Shown here in pieces: positions 1-10,579 of a DNA stretch of 64,000 bases. The notes under the pieces are model-generated. The model saw only the letters and a program-made list of their open reading frames with translations, searched no databases and had not been told where the DNA came from. Origin of the DNA: a virus; the IMG/VR virus record IMGVR_UViG_3300011335_000900, positions 1-64,000 of that record. One strand, 5' to 3'. Position 1 is the first letter of the stretch, and each line of letters starts with the position of its first letter. A program made the translations under genes and the position numbers.

Positions 1-2
1 AA

Positions 3-3000
3 CAAACTAATATTTTTATACAAGAACGAGAAAATAGTGCCTATTTTTTAGATTTTTATTTAAATTTTGGAGATAATAATTTATTTATATCTAATAATAT
101 TTCATTAGATAATCAAGATCCAACTAATCCAACAGTATTAATTAAATTATATGAACCCCTTTCGGATGAATTTGATATAAATTCTACATTATGGGTTGTA
201 ACTATTGTAGAAGAACCAATAGCTTATAAAGTTACCTTTGAAGATATTCCTATAATATTTACAGATACTACTAGTATTGGGGGACCTAATTTTAATTTAG
301 ATTTAAAAGATCAAGTTAACAATTCATCATTAGAGTTATCATATGCTGATTTAGTTTTAACATCTTTAACTAGTTCTGCGAATCAACTAAATAGTTTACT
401 TGAGGAAAAAGAAATAGATATAAATGTTGATTACACAGATTTTTCTAATTTTACCCATTTTAGTTCAGTTCAATCAAGAATTGAAAATTTTTATTATAAA
501 GTTGGTTTAATAGAAAATTATTCATCTTCTATTGCTACATTAAATAATACTATTAATAATAATCCAAGTGCTAGTATAGCTATATATGAATCTAAAATAA
601 ATTCTATTATAACTAATTTTGATGGTTATGATTATTATTTATATTATTCTAGTGAGTCTTTAGCTTACCCAAAAACAAATTCAACTCCACCTTATAATTT
701 ATATTCCACTACTAGCCCTACAGTTTTAACTTGGTTAGGAAGTGCTAATGAAACTAACATTTATTATGGAGGAATACTTCTTTCAGCTTCTATATATGAT
801 AACTTAAATCAAAATAATTTATACTTTACTATCCCAGAATATTTAAGAGAAGATCCTGCAAATGATCCATATCAATTATTTATTGAAATGGTAGGACAAC
901 ATTACGATAATATTTGGATATATTATAAAGATGTTACCCAAAAATATAATACAGACAACCGTTTAGAAAATGGTATTTCAAAAGATATAGTAGCGGATGC
1001 AATTAGAGATTTTGGAATCAAATTATATCAAAATAATTTTTCAACCGAGGATTTATACACAGCCTTTTTAGGTTTAACACCTGAAGGTGGTTTATTTCCA
1101 TTTCCAAACATAACTGGATCTTTACCTACTCCTAGTGGATACGAGTATGTTAACACAAAAATATCCGCTTCAAATGATTATTTACCGTTAGATGACGTTA
1201 ATAAATCGTTATATAAACGCATATACCATAATTTGCCATACCTATTACAAACAAAAGGTACATTGCCTGGTTTGCGTGCACTTATTACCTCATATGGTAT
1301 TCCTGATACAATATTAAGGATTAATGAATATGGTGGAAAAGATAAAACAAATACAAATGATTGGGATTATTGGCAAAATGAATTTAATTATGCTTATAAA
1401 CAAAATGGAGATAATTTTATTTCCTCTAGTTTTGTTCTAAATTCATCTTGGGGAGCATATACTAATAGTCGATCAACAGTAATGTTTAGGTTTAAAACTA
1501 ATGGTTTACCTACCTCATCAATTCCTTACTCTCAAAGTTTATTTTTAACTAACCAATCCGGATTTTCTAAAATATCAACCATAACTCTTCGCTATACAGG
1601 ATCAGCTTATTCTACAGTATTTCCTCCTTCTAGCTCTTATAGTGGTTCAATTATTGATCCATATTATCAATATGCTTTTTTAGATTTTCACCCTGATGCT
1701 CTTTCTAACCCATCTTTAAGTGCTAGTATTTACTTACCATTTTTTAATGGGGAATGGTGGTCAGTAATGGCTAAAAAAACCGGAACAGGAGTATCAACTA
1801 ATTTTGAATTATATTCTGGAAATAAAATGTATGATAGTGGTGAAAATGGAACCTCTATTGGTTTTATAGCTTCATCCTCTATTATATCTGATGATGCAAA
1901 TTATAACGCTTCCCATCATGCACTTTTTGGTTCTGGTTCAATTACTATAAATTCAAAAATATACAATAAATTTTCCGGATCCTTTCAAGAAATTAGATAT
2001 TATACTAAACCTATAAGTGAAAGTGTGTTTAAAGATTATATAATGAATCCTTCCTCAATTGAAGGAAACTCTTTAAATTCTGGAGCTGATCAATTAGCTT
2101 TTAGATTACCTTTAGGAGGAGAATTATATACAGGATCAAATTCAATTCATCCAAAAGTTACAGGTTCATGGATTACTACTTCTTCTTTTGCCTCTAACAG
2201 TACTGCTTTTTTTAATTCAACACCTACATTTGTACCTAATACAGAATATTTTTATTACGATCAACCAGTAGTGGGAATTAAAAATGCAATTGCTGATAAA
2301 ATTAGAGTAGAAAATAATGTAATACCTGAGGGAGATGTATTATCACCATTTATGTCTTTATCTCAACAAGCTAATATATCTCAAAGCTATACAGCAAATA
2401 CAAATTTACTTGAGGTAGCATTTTCACCACAAGATGAAGTAAATGATGATATTAATTCCTCTCTCGGATACTTTAATATAGGAGAATACATTGGAGATCC
2501 AAGACTACGTTCTTCATCAGCTGAATCATATCCATCTTTAGATGCTTTAAGAGATTCATATTTTCAAAAATATACTAAAAATTATAATTTAGTTGATTTT
2601 GTTCGTTTAATTAAATTTTTTGACAATTCATTATTTAAAATGATAAAAGATTTTGTACCTGCTCGTACAAGTCTTGCTTCGGGAATTGTAATTAAACAAC
2701 ATATTTTAGAAAGAAATAAATATCCTCAACCACAAGTTGATACTAATTCTACTATAGCATATTATACTAGTGGATCTATAGAAAATAAACCACTAACATT
2801 TCAAAATATATTAGTTTCGGGAACAATAGCTCCACAATGGAACGACTATAATGCGGGTACAATAGAAAATTTTGATGGAGGTACCGCAGGAGTATTTGAA
2901 ATGTTTAATGGAACTGCTTTTGCCCCATCCGGCTCTAATATATTTAATTTAACACAAAGTTGGTCTGAAAGTATTCAAACTATTTCAGGATCTATAAATA

Positions 3001-5621
3001 TAATTCATAACTCACAAGATGAATTTTATAATGGTGAATTTAATGGTTCAGTTTTAACAGTTACTACTCAAAGTTTAAATTTTCCCCTTTTAAATTCATC
3101 ACTTAATTTTAATTATACTCCCGTAAGGTATATCTCATCATATTATGGATTAGATACTTATATGGGAGCTGAGGAAGCATGGTATTTTACAGAAGATCAA
3201 TTCTTAAATATTCTTACAGTACCTGCTCAAGGAGAAATTTTAATTCTCCAACCATTCGATTATTCAGCTTTTTCCATCCCAACCCAACCAACTTGGATAA
3301 AAATCCATAAAAAAGATAATAATGCATTTGATAATAGTATAACTTTAGGACAAGCTACTCAATTAAGAATTAAAGATACTACTGAATTAGATTATCAAAC
3401 TATTGGAGATATTTTAGAAAATACAGAATATCCAACATATTGGCTATATAAAGTTCAATCAATAGGTACAAATCCATTTTCTAATACAGCAGACAATTAT
3501 ATTAAAGATTATAATGTATCTGCTTCAAATGTTACTCCTATATTATTACCATCTTATCCTGATACAATAAAATCCTTTAATACCATTTCTGGAAATACCT
3601 CAGGATTTTTTAATAACTCATCAGGAATATATACAATCTCCCAAACACCTAATGTTCTATTACAAATAACTGCTTCTATTACAACTAGTGGTTCTGCGAC
3701 AAATGGTTTTTTTGTAATAGCATCTACCAATAATGGAACTTTATCTCAAAAAATTATATCCCCAGGATCCAATGTTACTACAATTATATCCGCATCTTAT
3801 TATCCATTAGGTACAGATGGATTATATTTTGTTTACTCCCCTTCAATTGGAAGTTTAAATTTAAAATCAGGTAGTTTTTTAGTTACTCAAAGTATAGCCC
3901 CTTCAGCAGAAGAATATGATCCTGTTATAATTGAACCTTATATTACCGAACCTAATTTTTATAACAGCGATAATAATGCTCTTTTAAATAGTGTTAATGA
4001 ACAAAGAGAAAGTACTTTTGCTCTAGATGTAGACTACTCAGATGGAACAACTCCTGTAAATTTTGCATTATTAATTACTGGATCCGCAACCCCCGCTACT
4101 GTACCTGATTCAAATTATACTTCTAAAAAATCTACTATTTTAAAATATGATGGTTCAAAATCAACTTCTCAACATTTAAATTACTGGACCCCTGAAGATA
4201 CAGGAACATATGGTAAATTACCAACTATAGAAAGTTTAAAAACAGTAATAGCATATTGTGATGGGATTGGTGGATGGCCACCAGAAAAAGAAAATGCATC
4301 AGCAATGAATGTTATATATTTAATTAAAGCTGATGGTACTGTAGTTATTCCAAATACCTCAAAAGATTCACTATCAATAATGCAACAAACATTTCAAACT
4401 GGTGAAAGAGTAATTATTAATACAAAAAATGGATCTATATCCCCACTTGACCCTTACAGAACTGTTATTAGAGGAGGAACACACCTTGAACCTATTTTAT
4501 ATACTCAATATGGTCAACTTCCTAATGTTACATGGAATACTACTATGAGTTTTGAAGATATAATTCTTTCTCCAAATGGAACTGTAGGAAATTACCAGGC
4601 TTTATATACACAAAATCAAACAAATGGTGATATGAGCACTGGTCTTATCGCACCTAATACTATTACTCAAGTTACTTTTCCTATTATAAATTATGGTAAC
4701 TCCTTTTTTTCGGGAAATGGATATCAAATCCCCCAAACAGCTATAACTGATGGAGTTAATTTATCATTTACTACTGAAATAAATATTAGAACATTTGGTT
4801 CTTATGAGGGATCTAGTATTAATGTGTATCTTTATATTTATAAAAATGGAGCCCAATTGACCCTAGAAGATGGGGGTGAAGTTTATAGTTTTAATACTTT
4901 TTCCACACCAGCTTCTTCTCCACCAGTCCCCCAAAATTTTAATTTAACTTTAGACCCTATTACTATTCCCAATTCCTCACTAACAGTGGGTGACATATAT
5001 ACAGTTTATTATATGTGGGAACCAGTTATTAATAGCGTAAATTTTAAACTTTATGGAGTTTCCTCTCTACAAGTTTCCCAATACCCAATATTTACATTAC
5101 CTGTAACATCCTCTGGTGTTAATTCTATTTGGAATTGGGGTAATAAAACTACTTATCCATATATAATTACCTCTTCCCAAACCACTTTAACCCAATTATA
5201 TGGGAACCCTAATGTTAAAGCAAAAGATATCATAGGATCCGGTTTTAATACAATCCAATCACCTTGGAAAATAAATTATGGAGATGAATTTAAATTTGAA
5301 GGTAGAGAAGATTTTGCATATATGGTAAAAAATATCTTTGGTCCTGCAGAAAGTGGATCTGGAAGAATATTTCAAACAGGATCTATTGAAGTTCATTTTA
5401 ATGCAAACTTACCTGTTTCAGCATCTTCCAGTGTATTTAATTTAGATCACTTTTTAATTCGTAGATATGTTGATGATGCTGCACAAAATGTTATAACAGG
5501 GTTTAGACCCCCTAATTCAGAAGGTCCTTATCTTATAAAACCTGAATTTGTAGTTCCTGAATTAAATAAAAATATAGATGAAGTTATATTAGATCTTACG
5601 CAAAAAGGTTTGATTACATAA
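3..5621 (+). CDS. Large virion structural protein, probable baseplate wedge (5'-truncated)
   Basis: The frame is open from position 3 (QTNIFIQERENSAYFLDFYLNFG...) through the track ATG at 888, so the gene starts before the window. KGTLPGLRALITSYGIP resembles the KGT..G motif of P2 gpI-like wedge proteins. S/T/G/N-rich beta-type sequence follows. Confidence 0.65.
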   Translation, partial: QTNIFIQERENSAYFLDFYLNFGDNNLFISNNISLDNQDPTNPTVLIKLYEPLSDEFDINSTLWVVTIVEEPIAYKVTFEDIPIIFTDTTSIGGPNFNLDLKDQVNNSSLELSYADLVLTSLTSSANQLNSLLEEKEIDINVDYTDFSNFTHFSSVQSRIENFYYKVGLIENYSSSIATLNNTINNNPSASIAIYESKINSIITNFDGYDYYLYYSSESLAYPKTNSTPPYNLYSTTSPTVLTWLGSANETNIYYGGILLSASIYDNLNQNNLYFTIPEYLREDPANDPYQLFIEMVGQHYDNIWIYYKDVTQKYNTDNRLENGISKDIVADAIRDFGIKLYQNNFSTEDLYTAFLGLTPEGGLFPFPNITGSLPTPSGYEYVNTKISASNDYLPLDDVNKSLYKRIYHNLPYLLQTKGTLPGLRALITSYGIPDTILRINEYGGKDKTNTNDWDYWQNEFNYAYKQNGDNFISSSFVLNSSWGAYTNSRSTVMFRFKTNGLPTSSIPYSQSLFLTNQSGFSKISTITLRYTGSAYSTVFPPSSSYSGSIIDPYYQYAFLDFHPDALSNPSLSASIYLPFFNGEWWSVMAKKTGTGVSTNFELYSGNKMYDSGENGTSIGFIASSSIISDDANYNASHHALFGSGSITINSKIYNKFSGSFQEIRYYTKPISESVFKDYIMNPSSIEGNSLNSGADQLAFRLPLGGELYTGSNSIHPKVTGSWITTSSFASNSTAFFNSTPTFVPNTEYFYYDQPVVGIKNAIADKIRVENNVIPEGDVLSPFMSLSQQANISQSYTANTNLLEVAFSPQDEVNDDINSSLGYFNIGEYIGDPRLRSSSAESYPSLDALRDSYFQKYTKNYNLVDFVRLIKFFDNSLFKMIKDFVPARTSLASGIVIKQHILERNKYPQPQVDTNSTIAYYTSGSIENKPLTFQNILVSGTIAPQWNDYNAGTIENFDGGTAGVFEMFNGTAFAPSGSNIFNLTQSWSESIQTISGSINIIHNSQDEFYNGEFNGSVLTVTTQSLNFPLLNSSLNFNYTPVRYISSYYGLDTYMGAEEAWYFTEDQFLNILTVPAQGEILILQPFDYSAFSIPTQPTWIKIHKKDNNAFDNSITLGQATQLRIKDTTELDYQTIGDILENTEYPTYWLYKVQSIGTNPFSNTADNYIKDYNVSASNVTPILLPSYPDTIKSFNTISGNTSGFFNNSSGIYTISQTPNVLLQITASITTSGSATNGFFVIASTNNGTLSQKIISPGSNVTTIISASYYPLGTDGLYFVYSPSIGSLNLKSGSFLVTQSIAPSAEEYDPVIIEPYITEPNFYNSDNNALLNSVNEQRESTFALDVDYSDGTTPVNFALLITGSATPATVPDSNYTSKKSTILKYDGSKSTSQHLNYWTPEDTGTYGKLPTIESLKTVIAYCDGIGGWPPEKENASAMNVIYLIKADGTVVIPNTSKDSLSIMQQTFQTGERVIINTKNGSISPLDPYRTVIRGGTHLEPILYTQYGQLPNVTWNTTMSFEDIILSPNGTVGNYQALYTQNQTNGDMSTGLIAPNTITQVTFPIINYGNSFFSGNGYQIPQTAITDGVNLSFTTEINIRTFGSYEGSSINVYLYIYKNGAQLTLEDGGEVYSFNTFSTPASSPPVPQNFNLTLDPITIPNSSLTVGDIYTVYYMWEPVINSVNFKLYGVSSLQVSQYPIFTLPVTSSGVNSIWNWGNKTTYPYIITSSQTTLTQLYGNPNVKAKDIIGSGFNTIQSPWKINYGDEFKFEGREDFAYMVKNIFGPAESGSGRIFQTGSIEVHFNANLPVSASSSVFNLDHFLIRRYVDDAAQNVITGFRPPNSEGPYLIKPEFVVPELNKNIDEVILDLTQKGLIT

Positions 5622-5628
5622 TATTTAT
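5621..5628 (+). promoter_or_regulatory. Putative late-promoter motif ATATTTAT
   Basis: First intergenic copy of a motif found upstream of about 20 mostly structural genes (see findings). Confidence 0.5.
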
Positions 5629-5657
5629 TAGTATAATATAATATATAACACAATAAT

Positions 5658-6323
5658 ATGGGATATTTAAATAATAGCGTCGTTACAGTAGATGCAATTT
5701 TAACAACAAAAGGAAGAGAACTTTTAGCAAAAAATGATGGTTCTTTTCGAATTACACAATTTGCTTTTGCAGATGATGAAATAGATTATACTTTATATAA
5801 TCCAACCCATCCTTCCGGATCTGCATTTTATGGAGAAGCTATTCAAAACATGCCTTTACTTGAGGCTTTTCCTCAAGAAACTCAAATTATGAAGTATAAA
5901 TTAGCTACTTTACCTCGTGGAACAGCTAAACTACCAGTTTTAAATTTAGGCTATTCAGCTATTACTTTAAAACAAGGTGCTTCGTTAGCTATTACCCCAC
6001 AAACTTTAAATTATTTAGGTAATGCTCAAGCATATGAAACTAGTGGATATTCGGCTACAATTTCTGATGTTAGATTAATGAGTACATTTACGGGGATTGG
6101 AATTAATACAACAGCTGCACAAACATCAAATGCACCTATTACAACAACTTTAGGAACTAATGTTTCTCAAACTATAATTGGTTCTCAAATTAATTTAAGA
6201 GCAACAACAGTAAATACTTTATTTGGTACTAACACTCAACTTTCCGCTACATTAACTGTTGTAGGTCTAGATAGTGGAGCTCGTTTAACCATCCCCGTTT
6301 TAATTAATAAAACAATAGCTTAA
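5658..6323 (+). CDS. Virion structural protein (baseplate/tail-collar related)
   Basis: N-terminal VDAILTTKGRELLA...FRITQFAFADDEIDY resembles the start of tail-collar/fibre-attachment domains; structural context. Confidence 0.55.
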   Translation: MGYLNNSVVTVDAILTTKGRELLAKNDGSFRITQFAFADDEIDYTLYNPTHPSGSAFYGEAIQNMPLLEAFPQETQIMKYKLATLPRGTAKLPVLNLGYSAITLKQGASLAITPQTLNYLGNAQAYETSGYSATISDVRLMSTFTGIGINTTAAQTSNAPITTTLGTNVSQTIIGSQINLRATTVNTLFGTNTQLSATLTVVGLDSGARLTIPVLINKTIA

Positions 6324-6333
6324 ATTATAAAAT

Positions 6334-7350
6334 ATGTCATTTAAAAGATTAGACCCTGAAGATTTTTTAGTCAGTTCAGATTCAATTGTTAATACTCTGT
6401 GGTCAACAGATACCCCAAATTTAACTACTTTTTTTACTTCATCTACTCAAATTGCTTCATCTGCAGGTACTTATTACTATAGTGTTTATCAAACTGGATC
6501 TACACTTTCAAATGCTGCGGTACAATTTGATATAGCATATGCGGATCAATTAGGAAGTGGAAGTGTATTATATAATAATGCGGTTCCTGGAGTATCTCCT
6601 ACAAAAACTATATATGGTCAATATCGTTCTATGATTTTAGAGGATGAAAATTCATCTTTTATCTTTGGACAAGGAACTAATATTTATACAACTGATAATT
6701 TTTGGGTAATAAATTTTGAAAGAGCAAGATACAAACAATCTTTATTCCCTGGATCTTTAAATTTAAAACTTTCTGGATCTGGAATCCAATCTTTATTTCT
6801 TACAGATGACTCAGTAGATAATCCAGTATCTCAATTCTTAGGTTCAACTAGAGTATATCAATTAATTTCTGGATCTAATGGAACTGCAGGAACTTTAGCA
6901 AATAGTGGATATGTAGCCGGATCTGGTTCATATGGTTTAGTATTTCCTGATTTAGGAACTATATTAATTAACCCTGCTGCTGTATCTCGATCAATTAATT
7001 TATCTCCTAGTAGATCAAATAACTCAGATGGATTTAATAGTAGAAGATTATTCACAGCTATTTCTGGAGGAGCATCATTTACAGCTAATTCCCAAGAAAC
7101 ACTTACCTCAGATTATGTTTTTGTTAGAGCACGTAATAGTGAATTTAACTACTCTGAAAACCCATCATTTATTTCCGGTTCAACAGGTGAGGTAATTTAT
7201 GATGATTTTATTAATGCTCCCCAAGTTTATCTTACTACTATTGGAATGTATAACGATAGTAATGAATTGGTAGCGGTAGCTAAAATGTCAAGACCATTAT
7301 TAAAAGATTTTACAAAAGAAGCTTTAGTTAGAGTAAAATTAGATTTTTAG
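6334..7350 (+). CDS. Virion structural protein (baseplate/tail-collar related)
   Basis: C-terminal EFNYSENPS...YLTTIGMYNDSNELVAVAKMSRP...VKLDF is shared with the next ORF; SGS-rich. Confidence 0.55.
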   Translation: MSFKRLDPEDFLVSSDSIVNTLWSTDTPNLTTFFTSSTQIASSAGTYYYSVYQTGSTLSNAAVQFDIAYADQLGSGSVLYNNAVPGVSPTKTIYGQYRSMILEDENSSFIFGQGTNIYTTDNFWVINFERARYKQSLFPGSLNLKLSGSGIQSLFLTDDSVDNPVSQFLGSTRVYQLISGSNGTAGTLANSGYVAGSGSYGLVFPDLGTILINPAAVSRSINLSPSRSNNSDGFNSRRLFTAISGGASFTANSQETLTSDYVFVRARNSEFNYSENPSFISGSTGEVIYDDFINAPQVYLTTIGMYNDSNELVAVAKMSRPLLKDFTKEALVRVKLDF

Positions 7351-7355
7351 AATGA

Positions 7356-8387
7356 ATGAGCATATTCAAACCATTTATAACTTCTGATGTTATTGTTTCT
7401 CCTTTTAAGGTAAATAAATCTTTTACTTTTGATGGACATGCTAATATAACTGGTTCGGGCATTGATATTTTTACTGGAACAAATACCACAGCATCTTTAT
7501 GGGTATCTGGTTCAAACAATACTGGATATATTACATCTCAATCAAGTCAATTAATATATCGTTCTATTAAAGAACTTTATTACTCTAATTATCTTTTATC
7601 CCCTGTTGGTTCCCTTGCAGCAACTGCTTCATTTAATAACGATGGAACTATAACTGGTGATGCTTATACTCCAAATTATTATAATTATCCTTCTAGTACA
7701 TTTCTTAAAACATTTAATTTTGATTCATTAGATGGTTATTTGTTATCTGGTTCATATACTTCAACTTCAATTAGATTTTTTCCAACTTCCTCAAACGCCC
7801 AAATAGTAGTAATTTCAATTCCTTCTAATCTATTTGGAGAATATATAAAACCTGGCTCTTTTAGGATGGGATTTGATATAATTCAACAATACCCCTCTTA
7901 TTATTTTTATGATGATAGTGAAGGAAACATATTTTATTCAGAATTTTCGTATAATAATTATTATGAACCTGTAGGAAATATAATATATGAACATGGGATA
8001 ATAATTCTTACTCAACCTGTAAGTAATGATCACACTTTATTTCTAATCCCATTTAACCCCTTCGTATCTTGCTCATTTGAAAGTACAGTCACTATACATG
8101 AAACCCAATATAAATGCACTATTAGAGAAAACGAATTTAATTTTTCAAATAACCCATCATTAACATCAGGATCAGCAGCTATAAGTAATGGTAGTGGTAG
8201 TTTATTCCCTCAACCAGGAAGTGGACAATTAAATAATAACGTAACAGGTTCATATTTTTCTCCATATATTACAACTGTTGGGTTATATAATAATAATAAA
8301 GAATTATTAGCGGTAGCAAAACTTGCTCAACCGTTACCTGTATCCTCTGTTACAGACACCTCAATATTAATAAACTTTGATTTTTAA
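7356..8387 (+). CDS. Virion structural protein, paralogue of 6334..7350
   Basis: C-terminal EFNFSNNPS...YITTVGLYNNNKELLAVAKLAQP...INFDF. Confidence 0.55.
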   Translation: MSIFKPFITSDVIVSPFKVNKSFTFDGHANITGSGIDIFTGTNTTASLWVSGSNNTGYITSQSSQLIYRSIKELYYSNYLLSPVGSLAATASFNNDGTITGDAYTPNYYNYPSSTFLKTFNFDSLDGYLLSGSYTSTSIRFFPTSSNAQIVVISIPSNLFGEYIKPGSFRMGFDIIQQYPSYYFYDDSEGNIFYSEFSYNNYYEPVGNIIYEHGIIILTQPVSNDHTLFLIPFNPFVSCSFESTVTIHETQYKCTIRENEFNFSNNPSLTSGSAAISNGSGSLFPQPGSGQLNNNVTGSYFSPYITTVGLYNNNKELLAVAKLAQPLPVSSVTDTSILINFDF

Positions 8388-8392
8388 AATTT

Positions 8393-8851
8393 ATGTCAAA
8401 TTGGTTATATAAAGATAAAAGAATACAAGACATAACAGATTTTCCCCAAGGAACCTATGGTTTTATTTATATTTCTGTTCATATGCCAACCGGTAAATCT
8501 TATTTAGGTAAAAAATCTTTATACCACAATGTAAAGAAAAAACTAGGTAAAAAAGAATTAGCTGAACAACCTGTAACTAGGGGGAGAACATCTACTACAA
8601 AACAAATCATAAAAGAATCTGACTGGAAAACTTACTACGGCTCAGCAAAACCTATACTTGAACTTATAAAATTAGGAAAACAAAAAGATTTTGACCGTAA
8701 AATTTTATGTATTGTTTCAAACAAAAAACTATTGACATACTATGAATGCAAATATTTGTTTCAATTAGGTGTTTTAGAAAATCCAAACGATTGGATAAAT
8801 GATAATATTTTAGGAAAGTTTTTTCGAAAAGACTTTGTTCCCCAAGATTAA
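8393..8851 (+). CDS. GIY-YIG-fold nuclease-like protein
   Basis: YGFIY...GKSYLGKK matches the GIY-YIG bipartite motif; WKTYYGS downstream. Confidence 0.6.
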   Translation: MSNWLYKDKRIQDITDFPQGTYGFIYISVHMPTGKSYLGKKSLYHNVKKKLGKKELAEQPVTRGRTSTTKQIIKESDWKTYYGSAKPILELIKLGKQKDFDRKILCIVSNKKLLTYYECKYLFQLGVLENPNDWINDNILGKFFRKDFVPQD

Positions 8852-8864
8852 TATTGTATCTTAC
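8834..8864 (+). promoter_or_regulatory. Putative Bacteroidota-type sigma70 promoter (TTTG-N19-TATCTTAC)
   Basis: Directly upstream of primase ATG 8869; a weaker match to the -33/-7 pattern seen at 20096, 45152, 56099, 60031 and 63031. Confidence 0.4.
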
Positions 8865-8868
8865 ATTT

Positions 8869-9798
8869 ATGGTAAATGAATTACTAGTTAATTTAGTTAA
8901 TTCTGTTCTAGGAGCAGGCAAACGTACTGCAAGAGGAAATCAATCTTATACTTGTCCTTTCTGCCATCACCACAAACCCAAACTTGAAGTTAATTTTACT
9001 GAAAATAAAGATGGTATAAATCAATGGGCTTGTTGGACGTGTAGTAAAAAAGGAAAATCAATAAAAAGTCTTTTTAATCAAATTAAAGTTGATGCTAGTC
9101 ACTTTCATGAATTAAGTAAACTAGTTAAAAATGTATCTTTACACAATATAGGTGAATCAACTACAACAACATTAGAATTACCAAAAGAATTCAAAACATT
9201 TACAAATAGTAAGGATATTGTAGCAAGACATGCTTGGTCTTACCTTAAAAAAAGAAATATAACTCAACAGGATATTTTAAAATATAATATTGGTTACTGT
9301 AATTCAGGCCAATATAATAATATGATAGTTATACCTTCATATAATAGCACCGGTAAATTAAATTATTTTACCGCTAGATCATTCGAACCAAATCCTTACA
9401 CCAAGTACCGCAACCCGGAAACGTCTCGCGATATTATACCGTTAGAATTGTTTATTAACTGGGATTTACCTATTATATTATGTGAAGGACCATTTGATGC
9501 TATGGCAATAAAACGAAATGCGGTTCCATTATTTGGAAAAAATATTCAACCTAGTTTAATGAAAAAATTAGTTGAATCAAAAGTACAAAAAATATATATT
9601 GCTTTAGATAACGATGCTATAAAGCAAGCACTTAGATTTTGTGAACAACTATTAGATGTTGGAAAGGAAGTTTATTTAGTAGAATTACAAGGGAAAGACC
9701 CTAGTGAATTAGGTTTTGAAAATTTTACAAAACTAATACAAACAGTGTCTCCATTAACACAATATAAACTTATGGAGAAGAAACTATCAACTATATGA
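8869..9798 (+). CDS. dnaG: DNA primase (Zn-binding domain + TOPRIM)
   Basis: CPFCHHH...CWTC zinc ribbon; YFTARSF; TOPRIM motifs EGPFDAM and ALDNDA. ATG 8869 preferred over track TTG 8854. Confidence 0.85.
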   Translation: MVNELLVNLVNSVLGAGKRTARGNQSYTCPFCHHHKPKLEVNFTENKDGINQWACWTCSKKGKSIKSLFNQIKVDASHFHELSKLVKNVSLHNIGESTTTTLELPKEFKTFTNSKDIVARHAWSYLKKRNITQQDILKYNIGYCNSGQYNNMIVIPSYNSTGKLNYFTARSFEPNPYTKYRNPETSRDIIPLELFINWDLPIILCEGPFDAMAIKRNAVPLFGKNIQPSLMKKLVESKVQKIYIALDNDAIKQALRFCEQLLDVGKEVYLVELQGKDPSELGFENFTKLIQTVSPLTQYKLMEKKLSTI

Positions 9799-10568
9799 CA
9801 AAAAGAAACATTAAAAGATCTTACAATAGGATCTTAGAAATTTCAGAAGATGCAAAACAAATAACATTACCCGATTCAAGATATTATCGTAGAAATGGTA
9901 AATATTACCCTTCTATTACTTATGTTTTAAGTTATTACCCAAAAGGTAAATTTTTTGAAAACTGGCTTAAACAAGTAGGATTTGCTTCAGAACACATTGT
10001 TAAAAAAGCAGGTGAAGAAGGTACTCAAGTGCATGAAATGATTGAAGAGTATTTAAACGGGAAAGAACTTAACTTTTTATCCCCAAGTGGAACTCCATTA
10101 TTTAATCCAGATGTATGGCAAATGTTTTTACGTTTTGTAGATTTTTGGGAAGAATATAAACCAACACTAATTGAAGCTGAAGTGCATTTATTTTCAGATG
10201 AAATAAAAGTAGCAGGTACTTGTGATATGGTATGCGAAATTAATGGTGAAATTTGGATTATTGACTTTAAAACATCAAATCACTTACAAACAACATATGA
10301 TTTACAAACTGCAATTTATGGTAAATGCTATGAAGAATGTTTTGGTAAAAAAGCAGATCGTTATGGAATTTTATGGTTAAAATCAAGCAAACGTAAAAGT
10401 GCTAAAGATAAAATACAAGGTAAAGGATGGGAAATGTATGAGTCATCTCGTACACAAGAGGAAAATATTGATATTTTCTTAACAGTTAAAAAATTATTTG
10501 ATTTAGAAAACCCAACCCACTCCCCAATATTTACTGAATTTAAAACTAGTGTTAAGCGAGAGTTGTAA
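9795..10568 (+). CDS. PD-(D/E)xK exonuclease (RecB/Cas4-like)
   Basis: YPSITYVL, GTQVHEMIE, AGTCDMV...IIDFKTS, QTAIY motifs. Confidence 0.8.
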   Translation: MTKRNIKRSYNRILEISEDAKQITLPDSRYYRRNGKYYPSITYVLSYYPKGKFFENWLKQVGFASEHIVKKAGEEGTQVHEMIEEYLNGKELNFLSPSGTPLFNPDVWQMFLRFVDFWEEYKPTLIEAEVHLFSDEIKVAGTCDMVCEINGEIWIIDFKTSNHLQTTYDLQTAIYGKCYEECFGKKADRYGILWLKSSKRKSAKDKIQGKGWEMYESSRTQEENIDIFLTVKKLFDLENPTHSPIFTEFKTSVKREL

Positions 10569-10579
10569 TATGTATAATT

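Noticed and set aside
888-890. Track start codons at 888, 8854, 18436, 57420 and 61999
   Set aside because: 888 is internal to a frame open from the window start. The others overlap upstream genes or promoter motifs, and better ATGs exist at 8869, 18457, 57432 and 62017.
9795-10568. Cas4 as evidence of a CRISPR-Cas locus
   Set aside because: It lacks the Fe-S cysteine cluster pattern, has no cas neighbours, and sits next to primase like ordinary phage exonucleases.
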